64,000 nt of DNA, taken from Felis catus. Its lineage: Eukaryota. The stretch is from the NCBI RefSeq assembly GCF_018350175.1, contig NC_058368.1, forward strand, positions 89,282,001 to 89,346,000, in the 5' to 3' direction. Shown here one piece after another: positions 61,385 through 64,000 of the stretch. The translations under genes and the position numbers were made by a program. Below the pieces are notes generated by a model that ran no database searches, was not told the origin of the DNA, and worked only from the letters and a program-made list of their open reading frames with translations. Every line of letters starts with the position of its first letter. The first letter of the stretch is position 1.

Positions 61385-61837
61385 GATGTAGAGTGGGGCC
61401 CTACAGGACTAGCCAAGAGGGTCCTTGCCTTTGCAAAGGATGGGAATCCGATGCGAGCCAGCAGGAGGTGAAAGCAGAGTTTATTCAAGATATACATAGA
61501 AAGAGAAAGAGAACAAAAAGAAAAAAAAAAGATCTGGACAGAGTGTCTGGAAGACTTGGAAAGGAAAAGAACATGCTTGGGGTCTGGGGTTTTTATTGGG
61601 GATTGTGGTGTGGTGCACATGTTCTCTTAGGCATCCAGGAACTGGTCAGAACAAGGACAGAGTCCAGGTGTCCTTCATAAATCATTAATTCCCGGGGCTC
61701 CTGGGTGGCTCAGTCAATTGTATTCAACTCCTGATTTCAGCTCAGGTCATGATCTCATGGTTCATGAGTTCAACCCAAGTTGGGCTCTGCACTGACAGTG
61801 CAGAACCTGCTTGGGATTCTCTGTCTCTGCCCCTCCC

Positions 61838-61883
<46 letters not shown>

Positions 61884-61900
61884 TCTCTCTCTAAACAAAC

Positions 61901-61940
<40 letters not shown>

Positions 61941-62232
61941 AAATACTCATTTCCTGAAGCCAGAGGTCTTGTTAGGGTGTTTGGACTCACAGTCTTGGAG
62001 AATGTTTATGAACACCTTGCCCCATCACTCCTTAGATGTTATCTATGTGCTGGAAGATTCCAAAGACATCATCTCTGTCTCTTATAAGGAGGACATATGC
62101 TATTTGCATCACAAGACATATGTAGAGTAATAGTGGGGTGGGGGTGCAGGCCCTAGCAAGAATAGAAACTGAAAAGCAGTGAAGGAAAAAAATGGCTTTT
62201 TCCCCCCATGAGGTCCCTTCAATTTCCCTGTC
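61385..62232 (-). mobile_element. LTR-like element containing a Can-SINE at 61694-61943 (+) with (CA)n and (TAAA)n
   Basis: Minus-strand AATAAA near 61480 and a TATA-like motif near 61590; interrupts a MIR-like stretch. Ends approximate. Confidence 0.55.
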
Positions 62233-62310
62233 CCAGATTGAACCAAGTCAATGAGTTGAGGAAAACGGATGGGCCTCTTGAGTGCTTGGCAAAGGGTGGC
62301 CTTTATTAAG

Positions 62311-62819
62311 TGTGATCAAAAACAAAATTCAAGATTTTATTTGCTTAAAGATCTTATTGGCTTTATTCAACAAAGATTCATGAGTTGGGTAGCATTCAAT
62401 CTAGTGAATGAAAAGGAGCTCTGAGGAGTCATCCAAAGTGAAAGACCTGAGCTGAAGTCAGACACTTAACTGACTGAGCCACCCAGGCACCCTTAGAGGT
62501 GAGAAATTTCTGATTTGTCAGCATAGTCTTTGGGGCTCAAGCCCTCAGAACAGTGAAAGGCAAAGGAGAGAGGGAACAAGGAAGCTTTGCTAAGCAAAAA
62601 AAAGTGAATTGGTTATGGCAAGATCACCTTTCTTTAGGAGATGGCGGGGGGGGGGGGGTCTATCAGGCAGATTACTTAACTAGTGCTGATCAAGCAATTC
62701 CCGACTGGCTGGTTAAAATTCTATTTCTGGGAGAGTCAAAACTATAAATAAATCTCAGTTCAGTGACTGAGGCTTAGCATAAGTGACTCCATTTGGGGCC
62801 TGTTGTTCTGTTTTTAACA
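62311..62819 (-). mobile_element. LTR-like element carrying a templated 107-bp insertion
   Basis: TG...CA ends (TGTGATC...TTTTAACA), minus-strand AATAAA near 62362 and CCAAT near 62608. Confidence 0.6.
62444..62550 (+). repeat. 107-bp dispersed direct duplication of 63380-63486
   Basis: Base-by-base comparison gives one mismatch. Confidence 0.95.
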
Positions 62820-62892
62820 AGGGCAAGGGTGTTTCCCAGGATTGGAAGGACCTCAGAAGTGCAAAGTACTCATTTAAATCAGGCTGTGTCTA

Positions 62893-63111
62893 GGGACACC
62901 TGGGTGGCTCAGTTGGTTAAGCGGCTGACTTTGGCTCAGGTCATGTTCTCATGGTCCGTGAGTTTGAGCCCTGCGTTGGGTGCTGTGCTGACAGCTCAGA
63001 ACCTGGAGCCTGTTTCAGATTCTGTGTCTCCCTCTCTTTCTGATCCTCCCCTGTTAATGCTCTGTCTCTCTCTGTCTCAAAAATAAAAATGAAAAAATGT
63101 TAAAATTTTTA
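62893..63111 (+). mobile_element. Can-SINE
   Basis: TSD TAAATCAGGCTGTGTCTAG (62875-62893, 63112-63130). Confidence 0.96.
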
Positions 63112-63228
63112 TAAATCAGGCTGTGTCTAGATGGACACTGGATGCACCTAGTATCCTATCCAGCCTGGATCCACTAGGAGAAGGTGATGGAAGTTGGTGG
63201 GACTCCACGTGGCAGTTGAGAAATTTCT

Positions 63229-63428
63229 TTTTTTTTTTTTTTAATGTTTGTTTCTGAGAGAGAGACAATCAGGGGAGAAACAGAGAGAGAGGGAGACACA
63301 GAATCTTAAGCAGGCTCCAGGCTCTGAACTGTCAGCACAGAGCCCAACATGGGACTCAAACCACAAACCATGAGATCATGACCTGAGCTGAAGTCAGACA
63401 CTTAACTGACTGAGCCACCCAGGCGCCC
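63229..63428 (-). mobile_element. Can-SINE
   Basis: TSD TGAGAAATTTCT (63217-63228, 63436-63447). Confidence 0.95.
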
Positions 63429-63499
63429 TTAGAGGTGAGAAATTTCTGATTTGTCAGCATAGTCTTTGGGGCTCAAGCCCTCAGAAAAGCTAATGGTGA

Positions 63500-63710
63500 A
63501 AAACCCTTGAGTTTTGGAGTCAGAACACTAGGGCTTGAATCCTAGTCTAGTTATGTCACTTCTTAGCTATTATGAAGTTACTTAATCCTTCTATCAAGAG
63601 TACAATAAGGAAACTATGCCTACTAATGGGGTTTTAGTTAAGATTAGAGTTTAAATATTTATTGTGAATATCTGACATGTAGCAGCGACTTAAATAAATA
63701 GCAGCTAGTG
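63500..63710 (+). mobile_element. MIR relic
   Basis: TTTGGAGTCAGAACACTAGGGCTTGAATCCTAG...CTTAAATAAATAGCAGCTA resembles the MIR head and tail. Confidence 0.7.
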
Positions 63711-64000
63711 TTAAAAATCATCAGGAATTTTCTATAGGATAAAAATCTTTAGACCCAAGTGCTGTCTCCAGCTAGAACCCAAGATTTGACCTTTGCCTCT
63801 CACCTGCTTGTACTTACCAGCCTTTGTCCCACATTTTCTCTTAAGCTCTTCTTTCTAGCTTACCTCTCAACTCAGGCAAATGGAAAGTGAAACCACCCCT
63901 CAAGCAATAGTGACTACCCTGGCCCAGACCACCCAGACTAGTTTGAGCTTAACCCCTGACTCTTGCCTGCACAGATGGACCATGGAGTGACCTCGAGGGT

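Noticed and set aside
1..64000. Novel RT-based, CRISPR-like or operon-type system
   Set aside because: All RT and endonuclease coding sequence is ordinary L1 ORF2, and the repeats are SINEs, LINEs, LTRs and microsatellites. There is no spacer array or unexplained long ORF.

Overview
Mammalian genomic DNA, almost certainly from a cat (Felidae), judged by the many SINEC_Fc-type Can-SINEs and carnivore L1s. It is repeat-dominated and holds one intact host gene: a single-exon olfactory receptor CDS (29284-30231, +) resembling OR2V2. The first ~20 kb is a stack of same-strand L1s nested inside each other, resolved by target-site duplications (TSDs). The innermost is a young, full-length but inactivated L1 at 4947-10860. 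The remainder contains truncated, 5'-inverted and rearranged L1s, about 20 SINEs, several solo LTRs (one young, with a perfect 6-bp TSD), and MIR/L2/MaLR relics. I found no support for a new protein-coding system. The most interesting signals are: L1 copies on either side of the OR gene sharing unusual variants in a mosaic; a 107-bp locally templated insertion; short 3' transductions; a tailless SINE head; twin-primed L1s; candidate 5'-UTR micro-exons; and clustered Lhx2/Ebf-like motifs that may mark an OR enhancer. Family names and similarities come from recall and by-eye comparison, not from database searches.
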